From: a bacterium
GTDB taxonomy: Bacteria > Hinthialibacterota > Hinthialibacteria > Hinthialibacterales > Hinthialibacteraceae
Direction: 5' to 3'
DNA: 64,000 nucleotides
Assembly: GCA_963662285.2 (NCBI GenBank)
Contig: CAXXMV010000002.1
Span: 1,600,001 to 1,664,000, forward strand
This document shows, piece after piece, positions 47,368 to 58,756 of the stretch; within the stretch, counting starts at the first letter, position 1; each line of letters starts with the position of its first letter. A model generated the notes under the pieces. It was not told the origin of the DNA. It saw only the letters and a program-made list of their open reading frames with translations, and did no database searches. A program made the position numbers and the translations under genes.

Positions 47368-49908
47368 CTAATACAGACTCCAATTAGATACAGGAGTGGG
47401 TAGAAGAGTGCTCAGAAATTCACGCCTCAATTGAACGAATGTTCTAAGAATATCATACGAGTCTGTAATCTGTTCCCGCCGGGTGTTGCGCATTGCGCCG
47501 GTATGTTCTTCAAGAAGTTGTAAATCATCCAAGAGGAACTTCTCGACTTCTGCGAATTTGCCAAACATGCGTTCTTCTGTGAAAGCATGATTAAATTCGT
47601 AACCCATCCGGTCAATGTATTGCTGATAGAATACTTCATCCTTGCATAGCGGTCCGGTAATTGGTCCGGTATCACGACCCGCGTGTGCTGCTCTGCCGTT
47701 TAAGGGGAATTCAAGCGGCATTTCGGTAAACATGGGATTGGAGTCAGTGTATCCCCAGGCTTTATCCAGGTCCCAGGGAATCATTTCCCACTTCTGCGTA
47801 TCGGGATCAAGAGTCATCCAATGATTGTTATGGAAACCATCCCAATTGCTCAATAACACGCAGGCGGTGATGTACTGAATAAATTCATCCACATCCAGGT
47901 TGGTTTCAAGCAATTCATGCAATTTTGTTTTATCACGCTCTTTCAGTAGTGTTTCGAGGTTGTCGATACTGGCCGTGCCGTTTTCCAGATTGTTGTGGGG
48001 TTCCCAGTTGGGGCTTACATAATTTCGTTTAAACAAATCGGCGTCTGGATTGCGGTCGTTGATTTCTAAAAACCTTTCGTTGACTTGCTGAATCATTATC
48101 CGTTGAGTGTGGCTGCCATCCACAATTACGCGGAACCAATCGGTCAGGGGAGCAGGGATGCCCATTTCACGGAAAAACCAGAATCCAAGGTCTTCACGGT
48201 GGGGAGTACTAGGGCCGGAGGTATTGCCAGTTTGATTGTATTCTGGAAGCATATTTAATGTCCGGTCACCCCGGTATTCTTCGCCTTTGAGGAACTTCAT
48301 TTTCTGCCCATTACGGGATGTGTGGATCATGGCGCCATCGAAAACCAGAGGATGCGTTTCACCAGCTGGCAAGATAACCGCCCCGCTCATAATCCGTTCC
48401 ATTTCTATCAACGAGACTGGGCTTTCATAATAAGGCCATAATATGGTTAATAGAGATTCAACTTCTCCATCGTAGACGAAATAAGATTCAAAAGGACGCA
48501 GATTCATTACATGAGGTAAAACCAGGGTTGAATCATCATTTAGAATAAGTTTGGCATTAAACCGTATGAGCGACTGGGACGGCATGGCTGGAATTTTCGC
48601 TTCATAGGTTACCGAATCAACGCTCTCTGCGATGCGAGTCATTAAGATTTGGTGGATATCTGATTCAACCTCCGTAACGATATGTTCTCCTTCAACGAGA
48701 CTGACTCCTAGTGAGAATGATGATGCAGTTAAACTGGAATTAAGCCCCACCATAGCGAGAGTGTTGTTTTCGTTTTGCAATAATCCATTGTCATTCGGGA
48801 TGGTGAAAATTTCCCAGTTGTTTGAACTGTGTGTATCGGTTGCAAGCGATTCGTGGTTAACTGATTGAGGGATGTTGTCGCTGGCGACTTCGATGCCATT
48901 GAGGTAACAAACAAAACCTCCAGTGTAACGAACCATGATGTTAACGTTTGCCAAAGTATCGGCATCAGGAATGGAAAATTTACGGCGTAGGTATACGGTA
49001 GAATAATTCCTCCGCATATCGTTTAGTTCAGTGCGATTGCGGTTCCATCCACTTCCGCCATAGCCGAATGTACCCTGTCCCCGTCTCCAGGAAGAATCAT
49101 CAAAGTCTGGAGCAGCCCAAAGGTCTGATTCAGAAGGCGCTTTGTTTCCTTTCCAATACTGAAAATTATCTCTGGATGAAACATAAGTTTCCGGTCCTTG
49201 GTTGCTTCCGCCTTCGACGCCTTGTTCGGCTTTTTCCCATTGCAAGGTTACCGATTTGATAATATTTGCGGCATCGAAACCCATGCGGATTGCGACCTCA
49301 TCACTAGAGGTTGGGTGTTCGGGTAGAACTTCATGCGCAAGAATAACCGGGCGCGGCTTTGTTCCGCTGATGGAATTAGCCAGACCGGGCGTCCCTTCAT
49401 CTAATAAAGAAGCCCGCCAACTGTGGAAATCATCCGCTGGTAAATCCCAGGCGATCCGCTCCAATGTTGACCCATATCCGTCTGCGCTACGGCTCCAGGG
49501 AGGTGAATCGTTATATTTGAGTTCTTCAACTACCGTTCCATCGGGACGAACCAGCGACAACCGTTCGCCGCTATTGGATAATTTGCCCTCTAAAGGGCCT
49601 ATGACAGGAGATGGAGCGTTGTTCCAGATACGATTATCTGGATCACGCGCCAGCACCAGATAAGTATACGGCGCCATCAAAGAGCCTTCTGGAAGAACAA
49701 AAGTTGTCCCTTTATCAAAGTAATAACCGGATACATCAACAGAATCTGGTCCTGGATTGTACAACTCGATAAACTCTCGGATCGATCCCGTCGTATACTG
49801 TTCGTCGGGGGGATTGTAACTAATCTCATTAATAACTACATCCGCTCCTGCTATGGAACATATTATCAGTAATCCCAATAATCCCAAATAAAATATAATT
49901 TTTCTCAC
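47368..49908 (-). CDS. Secreted lamin-tail-domain / CotH kinase family protein with C-terminal motif TPVSNWSLY
   Basis: VVINEISYNP, EFIELYN, LSNSGE; NWDGFHNNH...WEMIPWDLDKAWG. Confidence 0.88.
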   Translation of the reverse strand: MRKIIFYLGLLGLLIICSIAGADVVINEISYNPPDEQYTTGSIREFIELYNPGPDSVDVSGYYFDKGTTFVLPEGSLMAPYTYLVLARDPDNRIWNNAPSPVIGPLEGKLSNSGERLSLVRPDGTVVEELKYNDSPPWSRSADGYGSTLERIAWDLPADDFHSWRASLLDEGTPGLANSISGTKPRPVILAHEVLPEHPTSSDEVAIRMGFDAANIIKSVTLQWEKAEQGVEGGSNQGPETYVSSRDNFQYWKGNKAPSESDLWAAPDFDDSSWRRGQGTFGYGGSGWNRNRTELNDMRRNYSTVYLRRKFSIPDADTLANVNIMVRYTGGFVCYLNGIEVASDNIPQSVNHESLATDTHSSNNWEIFTIPNDNGLLQNENNTLAMVGLNSSLTASSFSLGVSLVEGEHIVTEVESDIHQILMTRIAESVDSVTYEAKIPAMPSQSLIRFNAKLILNDDSTLVLPHVMNLRPFESYFVYDGEVESLLTILWPYYESPVSLIEMERIMSGAVILPAGETHPLVFDGAMIHTSRNGQKMKFLKGEEYRGDRTLNMLPEYNQTGNTSGPSTPHREDLGFWFFREMGIPAPLTDWFRVIVDGSHTQRIMIQQVNERFLEINDRNPDADLFKRNYVSPNWEPHNNLENGTASIDNLETLLKERDKTKLHELLETNLDVDEFIQYITACVLLSNWDGFHNNHWMTLDPDTQKWEMIPWDLDKAWGYTDSNPMFTEMPLEFPLNGRAAHAGRDTGPITGPLCKDEVFYQQYIDRMGYEFNHAFTEERMFGKFAEVEKFLLDDLQLLEEHTGAMRNTRREQITDSYDILRTFVQLRREFLSTLLPTPVSNWSLY

Positions 49909-50132
49909 TATTTACCTCTCCCATTTTAATATAACTAAAATATATTGGAAACATTACCATATTTAGTCGCTTCTAAAAGAGAAATAGTTCATTTTTCTTG
50001 ATATTTCACAGGAATTACTGAAAAGAGTTTTTCTGAGGTGTACATCGTTTCTAACAGCGTGATAATAAATAAACATAATTATGACAAATAATCTACAATA
50101 TTATAATCCATGAAAACAGTGATATAACCATA

Positions 50133-51875
50133 ATGAATCAACAATCCTTCGCCGAAAAGAATATTAGGCTGCTAGGTGATATATATCCTGAAATTGCGGA
50201 GGGATTGGGTGACTTCATCCAAACCCGGAAGAACGAAGCATCATCAGCCGCATATCAGTTTATACAAGCTGAAGGCGGCGCGGTTCTTTGCCGGGAATCG
50301 GATGCATCAGGCGGGAAATGGGTGCATGGGCCAAATGATCCGCTTGCTCAGGCTAAAGAATTCATCAGCGCCAATGATGATAACACAGGCGACTTGATTA
50401 TTGTGTGGCAGGCGGGTTTAGGATATGCACCAAGACTGTTGCAACAAATATCCCAAAATCAACGCGTGATTATTTGTGAATCACGCTATGAACTGATATG
50501 GGAATGGCTCTGTGAATGGGATTGCGAATCCATTATCAGCAATGAGAAGTTTTATTGGATCATTCAAGATGAGTTTGAAGATAAACTGATGCAGCTGGCT
50601 AATGAATATCCCAGTCTCTTCAAGCAAGGCGTCAATATCATCCCCGGATCAGTATTAACCGATGAAGAGAAAGAAAAATTAGAAGATATTTCTGGCCGGA
50701 TACAGGCTTCACTGAAGTCATCCAATAGCGATGATTTGCATAACGTATTCATGATTATGTCGCAAAGCCTGGAAGATATCATGCCGTCAGTCATGCGGGG
50801 CGCCGGGCAAAACGGGTTCCATGCTTTGTGGAAGAAGCGTCCCTTGGCGTTGTCGCGTTTTTTAAGCGGGATGGATACCTGGCGCGAGACCTGCGGCTGT
50901 ACGCCAAAGATTGCGTTGGGATTTTATGGCAGTTTTTTTTCTCACCTGGAACTTGAATCTATGGGGCGGGCTGGGATTTCCCGCGTGGTCTGGTATTACG
51001 ATAATCCTGAGACTTTATTCAAAGGAGACGAAGGCGAGTACTATGACTTGGCGTTGACTTTCGATCCGGGTCATTTGGATGTAATGAAGCCGGTTTTTGG
51101 ATCAAAGGCCAAAGTATTGGCGCCCGCAACGACCTTTGATGAATATGAAGTAAAGGGTGATTTCAAATATCCCATTAATCCTGTTACCTACGTCGGCGCT
51201 ACGGGATACCGCCTCTCCATACCATATATGAAGCAAAATCCCCAATTATTCACCAAACTGGCCCAGGTGATCAGGGCTATCATACGGTCGCACCTGGGCA
51301 TGGATGCTAAAGAATTATTGAATCTATTAATCCAAAGTACGCTTCAGTTCGATCCGCAGCAAAGCGCCCATTTCAAGTGGCTGGTTCGACAGATCGCCAG
51401 CAGCGAAATCCGCAAAGTTTTCCTGGAAACCGCCATGCCGTTTGGATTAACCATCTTCGGCGACGCGCTTTGGAGAGACCGGAACCTGGTGGGCGGTTTG
51501 ACCTCTGCCTTCGCCGGGACATCGCTGCATTACGATACGGAAACGCCGGAATTATACGCCGCCTCGCCGATAAACCTGAGCATTTGCCATACCCAATTAA
51601 TTCATGCCGCCTCGTTGCGGGCTTATGACGTTTTGGCTTGCGGCGGCTTTCTTTTGACGGAATACCGGCCTGGCATAGAAGAGCAGTTTGAAATAGGCAA
51701 AGACCTGGATGTTTTCCGCACTCCACAGGAACTAACTCAAAAAATCGCTTTTTACCTGGAAAATGAAGAACTACGGCATGAAATCGCCGCTCACGGTAGA
51801 GCAACCGTTCTGGCCAATCATACCTACCGCAACCGCATCGCGCAGATGATGGAGCTTTTGAAAGACCCACGCTAG
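50133..51875 (+). CDS. CgeB-like glycosyltransferase (Glyco_trans_1_2 C-terminus)
   Basis: LRAYDVLACGGFLLT...EL..KI.FYL.N...R.EIA..G...VL..HTY.NR. Confidence 0.8.
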   Translation: MNQQSFAEKNIRLLGDIYPEIAEGLGDFIQTRKNEASSAAYQFIQAEGGAVLCRESDASGGKWVHGPNDPLAQAKEFISANDDNTGDLIIVWQAGLGYAPRLLQQISQNQRVIICESRYELIWEWLCEWDCESIISNEKFYWIIQDEFEDKLMQLANEYPSLFKQGVNIIPGSVLTDEEKEKLEDISGRIQASLKSSNSDDLHNVFMIMSQSLEDIMPSVMRGAGQNGFHALWKKRPLALSRFLSGMDTWRETCGCTPKIALGFYGSFFSHLELESMGRAGISRVVWYYDNPETLFKGDEGEYYDLALTFDPGHLDVMKPVFGSKAKVLAPATTFDEYEVKGDFKYPINPVTYVGATGYRLSIPYMKQNPQLFTKLAQVIRAIIRSHLGMDAKELLNLLIQSTLQFDPQQSAHFKWLVRQIASSEIRKVFLETAMPFGLTIFGDALWRDRNLVGGLTSAFAGTSLHYDTETPELYAASPINLSICHTQLIHAASLRAYDVLACGGFLLTEYRPGIEEQFEIGKDLDVFRTPQELTQKIAFYLENEELRHEIAAHGRATVLANHTYRNRIAQMMELLKDPR

Positions 51876-51953
51876 GCGAAGCGGTTTTGCTTTGCTAAGA
51901 TGTAGATTGGCGCAATGGGGAAATCATACAAAGACATAATATAGGAGGCGACG

Positions 51954-53348
<1,395 letters not shown>

Positions 53349-53381
53349 ATACGGTGGGCTTGGCGCCAAGAATAAGCCCAA

Positions 53382-53473
53382 GTAGGGTGGGCTAAAAGCG
53401 ATAGCGTAGCCCACCATGATGCATCAGTGGTTTTGGTGGGCTACGCCGCTTCGCGGCTTTTAGCCCACCCTAC
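53382..53473. repeat. Inverted pair of GTAG REPs (family A; REPIN/BIME-like)
   Basis: GTAGGGTGGGCTAAAAGCGATAGCGTAGCCCACC (53382-53415) and reverse copy ending GCCCACCCTAC (53435-53473). Confidence 0.9.
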
Positions 53474-53514
53474 GCGAAGCCCATAATATGCACAGCGCGA
53501 CGGAGGTTAATTCC

Positions 53515-53715
53515 ATGCCGGAATATCGTAGATTGTATACGCCCGGATCATGGTATTTTTTCACGGTTGTAACGTATAAACGTCAAGTGATATTTGATTG
53601 TGATGAAGTTTGGCATCTGTTACGAGAATCAATCCAAATCGTGAAGCGTAGCCTAAAAGCAAAGCGTAGCTCTCCATGCTACTGTGCGAAAAACAAAAGA
53701 ATAATTTTCGCTTGA
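53515..53715 (+). pseudogene. N-terminal remnant of a REP-associated tyrosine transposase (RayT/YafM-like)
   Basis: GGAGG RBS; MPEYRRLYTPGSWYFFTVVTYKRQ; similarity stops near 53646, where a degenerate REP begins; no HUH motif. Confidence 0.85.
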
Positions 53716-54031
53716 AAAAACACTTAACATAATATATGCTGAGTAATTACGGGTAGGTTAAAGTAAAAACTGGACGAAGCGCGCTCCATATATTCTATCT
53801 AATGTTATGTTATATCTAATGTTCTTTCTATAATTTAAATATCGTCGATATATTGTGGTTTAATTTGCAGTTTTCGACTTTTTTTCCGTTTCGTCTTTCA
53901 TGATAAAATTGAATAAAAATCATGAGAGGGGGTATGATTTTCTTGTTTAATGGGAAATCCAAGGTTAAAAGAGTATCTAGTAAATACGGGTTAAGATTTA
54001 TGTATTCCAATTTTGAAAGGAGTTGTATGAA

Positions 54032-55306
54032 ATGAACAAGCGAATTGTTTGTATGGTTGCAGCGTATCTCATTATTATTTCCATTCCAGTTGCCCAAGCT
54101 CAGAAATACGATTCTACTCCAGTTGATCTGGAGAGTATTTGGAATGCGGTAATCTGGTATAATGATGGACAAGCAGTTGATTCAAGCCTTGGTTTGCCTA
54201 CCAACGATGCTGGAATTAAAATCTCCACACTCCCCAGCAATGTCATTCCAGGACAGGTAAACATTACAGAAGATGGCGTGGTTGCATTTCTCTTGCCGGA
54301 TATGACTGCGGGAAATCTCAATGCTTATTATGTAGCGGGGGATAACATTCAGGTTCCTCCGGGAGAATACCAGTATGTATTTCTTGCAGTCACTTCCGAT
54401 AGTGGTAATTGGCCGGGTAGTGTGAGCGACTGGGCTGCCGATGTTGATCCTGATACGGGAGAAATCTATGACCCCCGTTCTGAGGGAAACAGTTTCAAAC
54501 CCATTTATGTTGATGGTGAAGGCGATTGGATTCCCATAGGAATCGTACCCGATTGGTTCTGGAAACCGCCGGAGTGGGTAGCCCCGGCCAGTGGAGATTC
54601 CAGTGAAGTTATTCAGGAATACCTTTCCTATGCGGCTGATCCCAATGGCCCTCTCTACTTCTGGGATGGGGTGAACTATGGCGATCACGATTTCGGTCAA
54701 TATACCTATTGTAATGGAGAAGATTCATACTTTATGTATATAATGGATATCCCTGATGGATTGACTTCCGCAACTTTATGGACCGAAATGTGGGGCAACG
54801 TCAAATTCTCTATTTCCACAGATGATGAGACGTTTACCGAGCTTTATAACTCCGCCACCATGGATCAGGTATACACCGCCCGTTCAGGAAATCTCGATGG
54901 TTACCAACCAAACCGCGAACTGCGCGATTTTGACCTGACGCCGTTTATTTCTTCCGGGGATGTAAATACCATTTACTTAATGTTTGAAGATGCCGCTCCT
55001 TTGAATGCCGTGGGCCAGGAGAACAATCCTTGGGGCGCACGTTGCCATCGGCTAGGCATCTATACCGGACCAACCGTGAAAACCAGTGGTGGATCGCGTT
55101 TATGGCAGGGAATGGAAACAACCAGCTGGGGCTCTCCAGAAGGTGGAATATATCTAATCTGGAAACAGTACCGCGTGGATGCGACGCGAACCCTTCAGTC
55201 TATTTTATTACCCAATAATAGACCTGCAAACTCTCCCTTTCTGATCCTTTTTGCTATCACTCTGGCAAATGATCGTACTGCAATCGAAGATTTTATGTTG
55301 TATTAA
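54032..55306 (+). CDS. Secreted acidic hypothetical protein with C-terminal motif TAIEDFMLY
   Basis: AAGGAG upstream; signal peptide ending AQA; D/W/G-rich. Confidence 0.75.
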   Translation: MNKRIVCMVAAYLIIISIPVAQAQKYDSTPVDLESIWNAVIWYNDGQAVDSSLGLPTNDAGIKISTLPSNVIPGQVNITEDGVVAFLLPDMTAGNLNAYYVAGDNIQVPPGEYQYVFLAVTSDSGNWPGSVSDWAADVDPDTGEIYDPRSEGNSFKPIYVDGEGDWIPIGIVPDWFWKPPEWVAPASGDSSEVIQEYLSYAADPNGPLYFWDGVNYGDHDFGQYTYCNGEDSYFMYIMDIPDGLTSATLWTEMWGNVKFSISTDDETFTELYNSATMDQVYTARSGNLDGYQPNRELRDFDLTPFISSGDVNTIYLMFEDAAPLNAVGQENNPWGARCHRLGIYTGPTVKTSGGSRLWQGMETTSWGSPEGGIYLIWKQYRVDATRTLQSILLPNNRPANSPFLILFAITLANDRTAIEDFMLY

Positions 55307-55689
55307 CATAACAGATTCAAAAGTCAGGAGCCGGATGAAAAATCTTGGCTCCTGGCTTTGGAAATTTGGCAATTCGAAAGGGAGTATCCTAAGTTTTCCA
55401 TGACTAATCTTCCCTACTAAATAACAGGCCGCTTTTGAGAACATCGTATCCGGGATCAGAAAGTTTTTTTCAACCATATAGATTATATTTATTATAATCC
55501 AGTCAAACATGGAAATACCGTTTCTCCTCCAATAGTAGAAATGCTCAACCTTCAAACTATACGTTGAACAGGATTAGTATAAAATGGTTTGGGGTAAATT
55601 TATTCCAGTCGATTTAATGAAAAAATGTAAAGTGAATAAATAGTCGTTGGTGATTGTGGTGAGCTGCGCTCGATGCGTAGTAATCACAT

Positions 55690-55717
55690 TAGGGCAACCA
55701 TGAAGGATTGCCCCTAC
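55690..55717. repeat. GTAG-type palindrome
   Basis: TAGGGCAA...TTGCCCCTAC. Confidence 0.6.
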
Positions 55718-55747
55718 ATGTTTACGTTTAATGGAAAGGTCAATTCA

Positions 55748-57184
55748 ATGTCGTCACCCAACACAGAATATCGTCCGTCGCTTTATGATCGTAAGGGCCA
55801 GATTGTTTATGTATATTTACTATCGATTGTAGCGGCGCTGGGTGGATTATTGTTTGGTTATGACACGGCGGTGATATCGGGCGCCATAGGTTTTTTGCAA
55901 CAGCGTTTTGATCTCAATGACGTGTGGAAGGGTTGGGCTGCTTCATGCGCTTTGATCGGCTGCATCGGCGGCGCTTCAATTGCCGGGTGGATGAGTGACT
56001 ATTATGGCCGTAGATCAGTGCTGATATTATCGGGTATGTTATTCACTATCTCGGCGCTTGGCTCAGCTTTTCCCCGGAGTCTGACCGAATTCGTCATAGC
56101 CCGCATTGTCGGTGGAGTTGGAGTTGGTATTGCATCCATGCTGTCGCCCTTATATATCGCAGAGGTGGCGCCAGCCCGGTTACGCGGTCGGCTGGTGACG
56201 CTCAATCAGTTCACCATCGTATTCGGTATGCTGGTGGTCTATTTTGTCAATGCAAAGGTGGCATCGATGGGTGATGAAGCCTGGAATATTACCATGGGCT
56301 GGCGTTGGATGTTCGGTTCAGAGACGTTGCCAGCCATTCTGTTTATGGTTCTGCTATTATTCGTCCCGGAAAGCCCACGCTGGTTAACCAAGCAAGGCAT
56401 GCCGGATCGGGCAATGGAAATACTGACCCGCGTCGGAGGAACTGAAAACGCCCGGACTTCAATGGAAGAGATCAAGTTCGCCATCGCCCATGAAGGCGGA
56501 TCGATAAAAGAATTGCTATGCCCCGGATTACGCATGGCGCTGTTTATCGGAATAGGTCTGGCTATCTTGCAGCAGGTTACCGGTATCAATGTAATCCTCT
56601 ACTATGCGCCGGAGATTTTCAAAAGCGCCGGACTAGGTTCGGCCCAGGCCATCAATCATACGGTGATTATCGGTCTGGTAAATATGCTCTTTACGGTAGT
56701 GGCGTTTCTGTTAGTCGATTTGCTGGGGCGAAAAATACTGCTGCTCCTGGCCTCATTGGGAATGGGAATCTCACTGGTTTTGCTGGGAGCGTCGTTCCTG
56801 ATCGAATCATTCGGCGCTATACATTTAATAACGCTTAACCTGGGTCTGCAAAATATCCAGATAACATTCATGCTGTTCTTTGTGTTAACCTATGTGGCTT
56901 CGTTCGCAGTGGCTATGGGGCCGGTGGTGTGGGTGGTTATGTCGGAAATATTCCCCACCCGCATCAGGGGACGCGCTATGTCAATCGCCACGGTCTGTTT
57001 ATGGATATCATGTTACGCCGTCTCGCAGTTTTTCCCCATCATGCTGAGTTATCTGCAAGGCATGGTCTTCTTTGTATACGCAGCCATGTGCATAATCGCA
57101 TTTCTTTTCTTCGCCATTTTCGTCCCTGAAACCAAAGGCAAAACCCTTGAAGAGATCGAGAAGAAATGGATCAAAATGAGTTAA
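55748..57184 (+). CDS. MFS sugar porter (XylE/GalP/AraE family)
   Basis: GGLLFGYDTAVISGA, D.YGRR, PESPRWL, QQVTGIN..YY, PETKGKTLEEIE; start probably 55748. Confidence 0.93.
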   Translation: MSSPNTEYRPSLYDRKGQIVYVYLLSIVAALGGLLFGYDTAVISGAIGFLQQRFDLNDVWKGWAASCALIGCIGGASIAGWMSDYYGRRSVLILSGMLFTISALGSAFPRSLTEFVIARIVGGVGVGIASMLSPLYIAEVAPARLRGRLVTLNQFTIVFGMLVVYFVNAKVASMGDEAWNITMGWRWMFGSETLPAILFMVLLLFVPESPRWLTKQGMPDRAMEILTRVGGTENARTSMEEIKFAIAHEGGSIKELLCPGLRMALFIGIGLAILQQVTGINVILYYAPEIFKSAGLGSAQAINHTVIIGLVNMLFTVVAFLLVDLLGRKILLLLASLGMGISLVLLGASFLIESFGAIHLITLNLGLQNIQITFMLFFVLTYVASFAVAMGPVVWVVMSEIFPTRIRGRAMSIATVCLWISCYAVSQFFPIMLSYLQGMVFFVYAAMCIIAFLFFAIFVPETKGKTLEEIEKKWIKMS

Positions 57185-57193
57185 CCGCATCGT

Positions 57194-57321
57194 CCCCTCT
57201 CCCGGCGGGAGAGGGGCATTCAGGATTAGGGGGATTTCGCAACTGTAGGGGCGTCTTTCATGGGCGCCCAACCGAATGACCTGGGCGCCAAGGGCAAGAC
57301 AGCATTGTGTCCAGCCCTTGA
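57194..57321. repeat. Mosaic REP cluster: family D (57194-57216), GTAG REP (57245-57269), family B (57283-57321)
   Basis: Direct comparison with the other copies. Confidence 0.8.
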
Positions 57322-57360
57322 TTGGGTCTTCCTTTTTTATTTCCCTCTTTTATATCATCT

Positions 57361-58506
57361 TCATTCCGCTTTAGCCGATTTCCCCTGAACAAGAAATACG
57401 TACAATATGGCGCCGATGAATAATGTGCAAATTAAGGTGATAAGCCAAACTACTTTATCATACCTGCCATCTGTCGGGAAATCCTTAGCTGCCCGTTTCA
57501 AGCAATCCTGCAAGCACCAGATCCAGAGGATAAAGAGAAGCAGCAAGACAATTCCACCAACAGGTCCAAGGCCGTCGCGGTGGTCTTCCCGTTCGTTCAT
57601 TTGCTGCTCACGTCTTTCAATATCCTCGCTCCACATACGCAGTTCATCTTTTTCGCGCTGGCGCTCTTCATCGCTTTGGTTTAGGCGTTGATTGATCTCA
57701 CGCTCTTTTTCTTCTAATTGACGCTGGCGTTCTTCAAGATTGCGCGACCATTGGTTCAGTTCTTCTTCCCGTTGGCGTAGATGATCATTGCGTTTATCCA
57801 GTTCTTCCTGGCAGCGTTTTATTTCTTCATCTTGCCTATTCACTTGTTGGCGTTGTTCATCCAACATGCTGAATTGTTGTTCTAACTCTGAACGTCCTTG
57901 ATTAAGTTCTTCATACTGTGAGGCAATATTACGCTCCTGCTCTTCTAATTGGTTGCTTCTTTCTTTCAATTGGAATGATTCGCGTTCCAGTTTTTCTTTA
58001 AGCGCATTGAAATAATCCATTTTTTGGTTTTTATCGTCCTGGATCGTTTGGTTGACGCTGTGTTTAAGAGATTCGGCTAATTCCTGAAGATAATTCCGTT
58101 GTTCATTCTCTCTATTTTCCATTGCGTCAATACGATGTTCTAAGCGTTCCAGTTTTTCGTTGCGTTCTCTTAATGCTTGCTCCCATTGATTCATACGTTG
58201 TTCTCTTTGCTCGAATTCCTGACGCATCAACCAGGGGTATTGATTATTCTTTTCCAATCTTTCCGGCTGTGGAGGAATGCCTTGATCAACCGCGCGGGGA
58301 CTTCGACGCTGCCGCATTTCCGGATTTGGAACCGGGTCATCATTATCTCTTTGAGCCAAAAACATATTGTCGGAAGGCTGGTTTTGGTTGGCAATCAACC
58401 TATCCGGGTAGGTCGATTGATCGGCGCCGGTGGATTGCATGGAGAAGGCCGGGGATACGCTGCTGAAACAAACAACGGCTAATATGAAGACAAATACTTT
58501 TTTCAT
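57361..58506 (-). CDS. Exported long coiled-coil protein with C-terminal two-TM PLDc_N-like anchor
   Basis: Signal peptide; long E/Q/R heptads; LWIWCLQDC...KVVWLI...FIGAILY. Confidence 0.75.
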   Translation of the reverse strand: MKKVFVFILAVVCFSSVSPAFSMQSTGADQSTYPDRLIANQNQPSDNMFLAQRDNDDPVPNPEMRQRRSPRAVDQGIPPQPERLEKNNQYPWLMRQEFEQREQRMNQWEQALRERNEKLERLEHRIDAMENRENEQRNYLQELAESLKHSVNQTIQDDKNQKMDYFNALKEKLERESFQLKERSNQLEEQERNIASQYEELNQGRSELEQQFSMLDEQRQQVNRQDEEIKRCQEELDKRNDHLRQREEELNQWSRNLEERQRQLEEKEREINQRLNQSDEERQREKDELRMWSEDIERREQQMNEREDHRDGLGPVGGIVLLLLFILWIWCLQDCLKRAAKDFPTDGRYDKVVWLITLICTLFIGAILYVFLVQGKSAKAE

Positions 58507-58756
58507 GATACTGCTCCCAAATCGTAGTGATGAAATATATGATAGATATATCTCAGAATAAAATTTGACTTAAAGTACTGTTTAACATTGCAGCATAAAA
58601 AATCTAGGGGAAATATGGTTATTGCGTTTTTTTAATAAATTACATCGCTTTACTTTGGTTTGATAAAATTAGATGAAGCAGGTTATACGCCGCTCGTTTT
58701 CAAACTAAAAATAGGTACAATTTGTTGTCTATAATATTTTATTGAGAGAGGGGAAT

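Noticed and set aside
53828-54172. Minus-strand 114-aa ORF
   Set aside because: AT-rich, overlaps the signal-peptide region of the gene at 54032, no motif.
55208-55555. Minus-strand 115-aa ORF or possible gene remnant
   Set aside because: No recognisable motif in the frames I examined; cannot be supported without a homology search.
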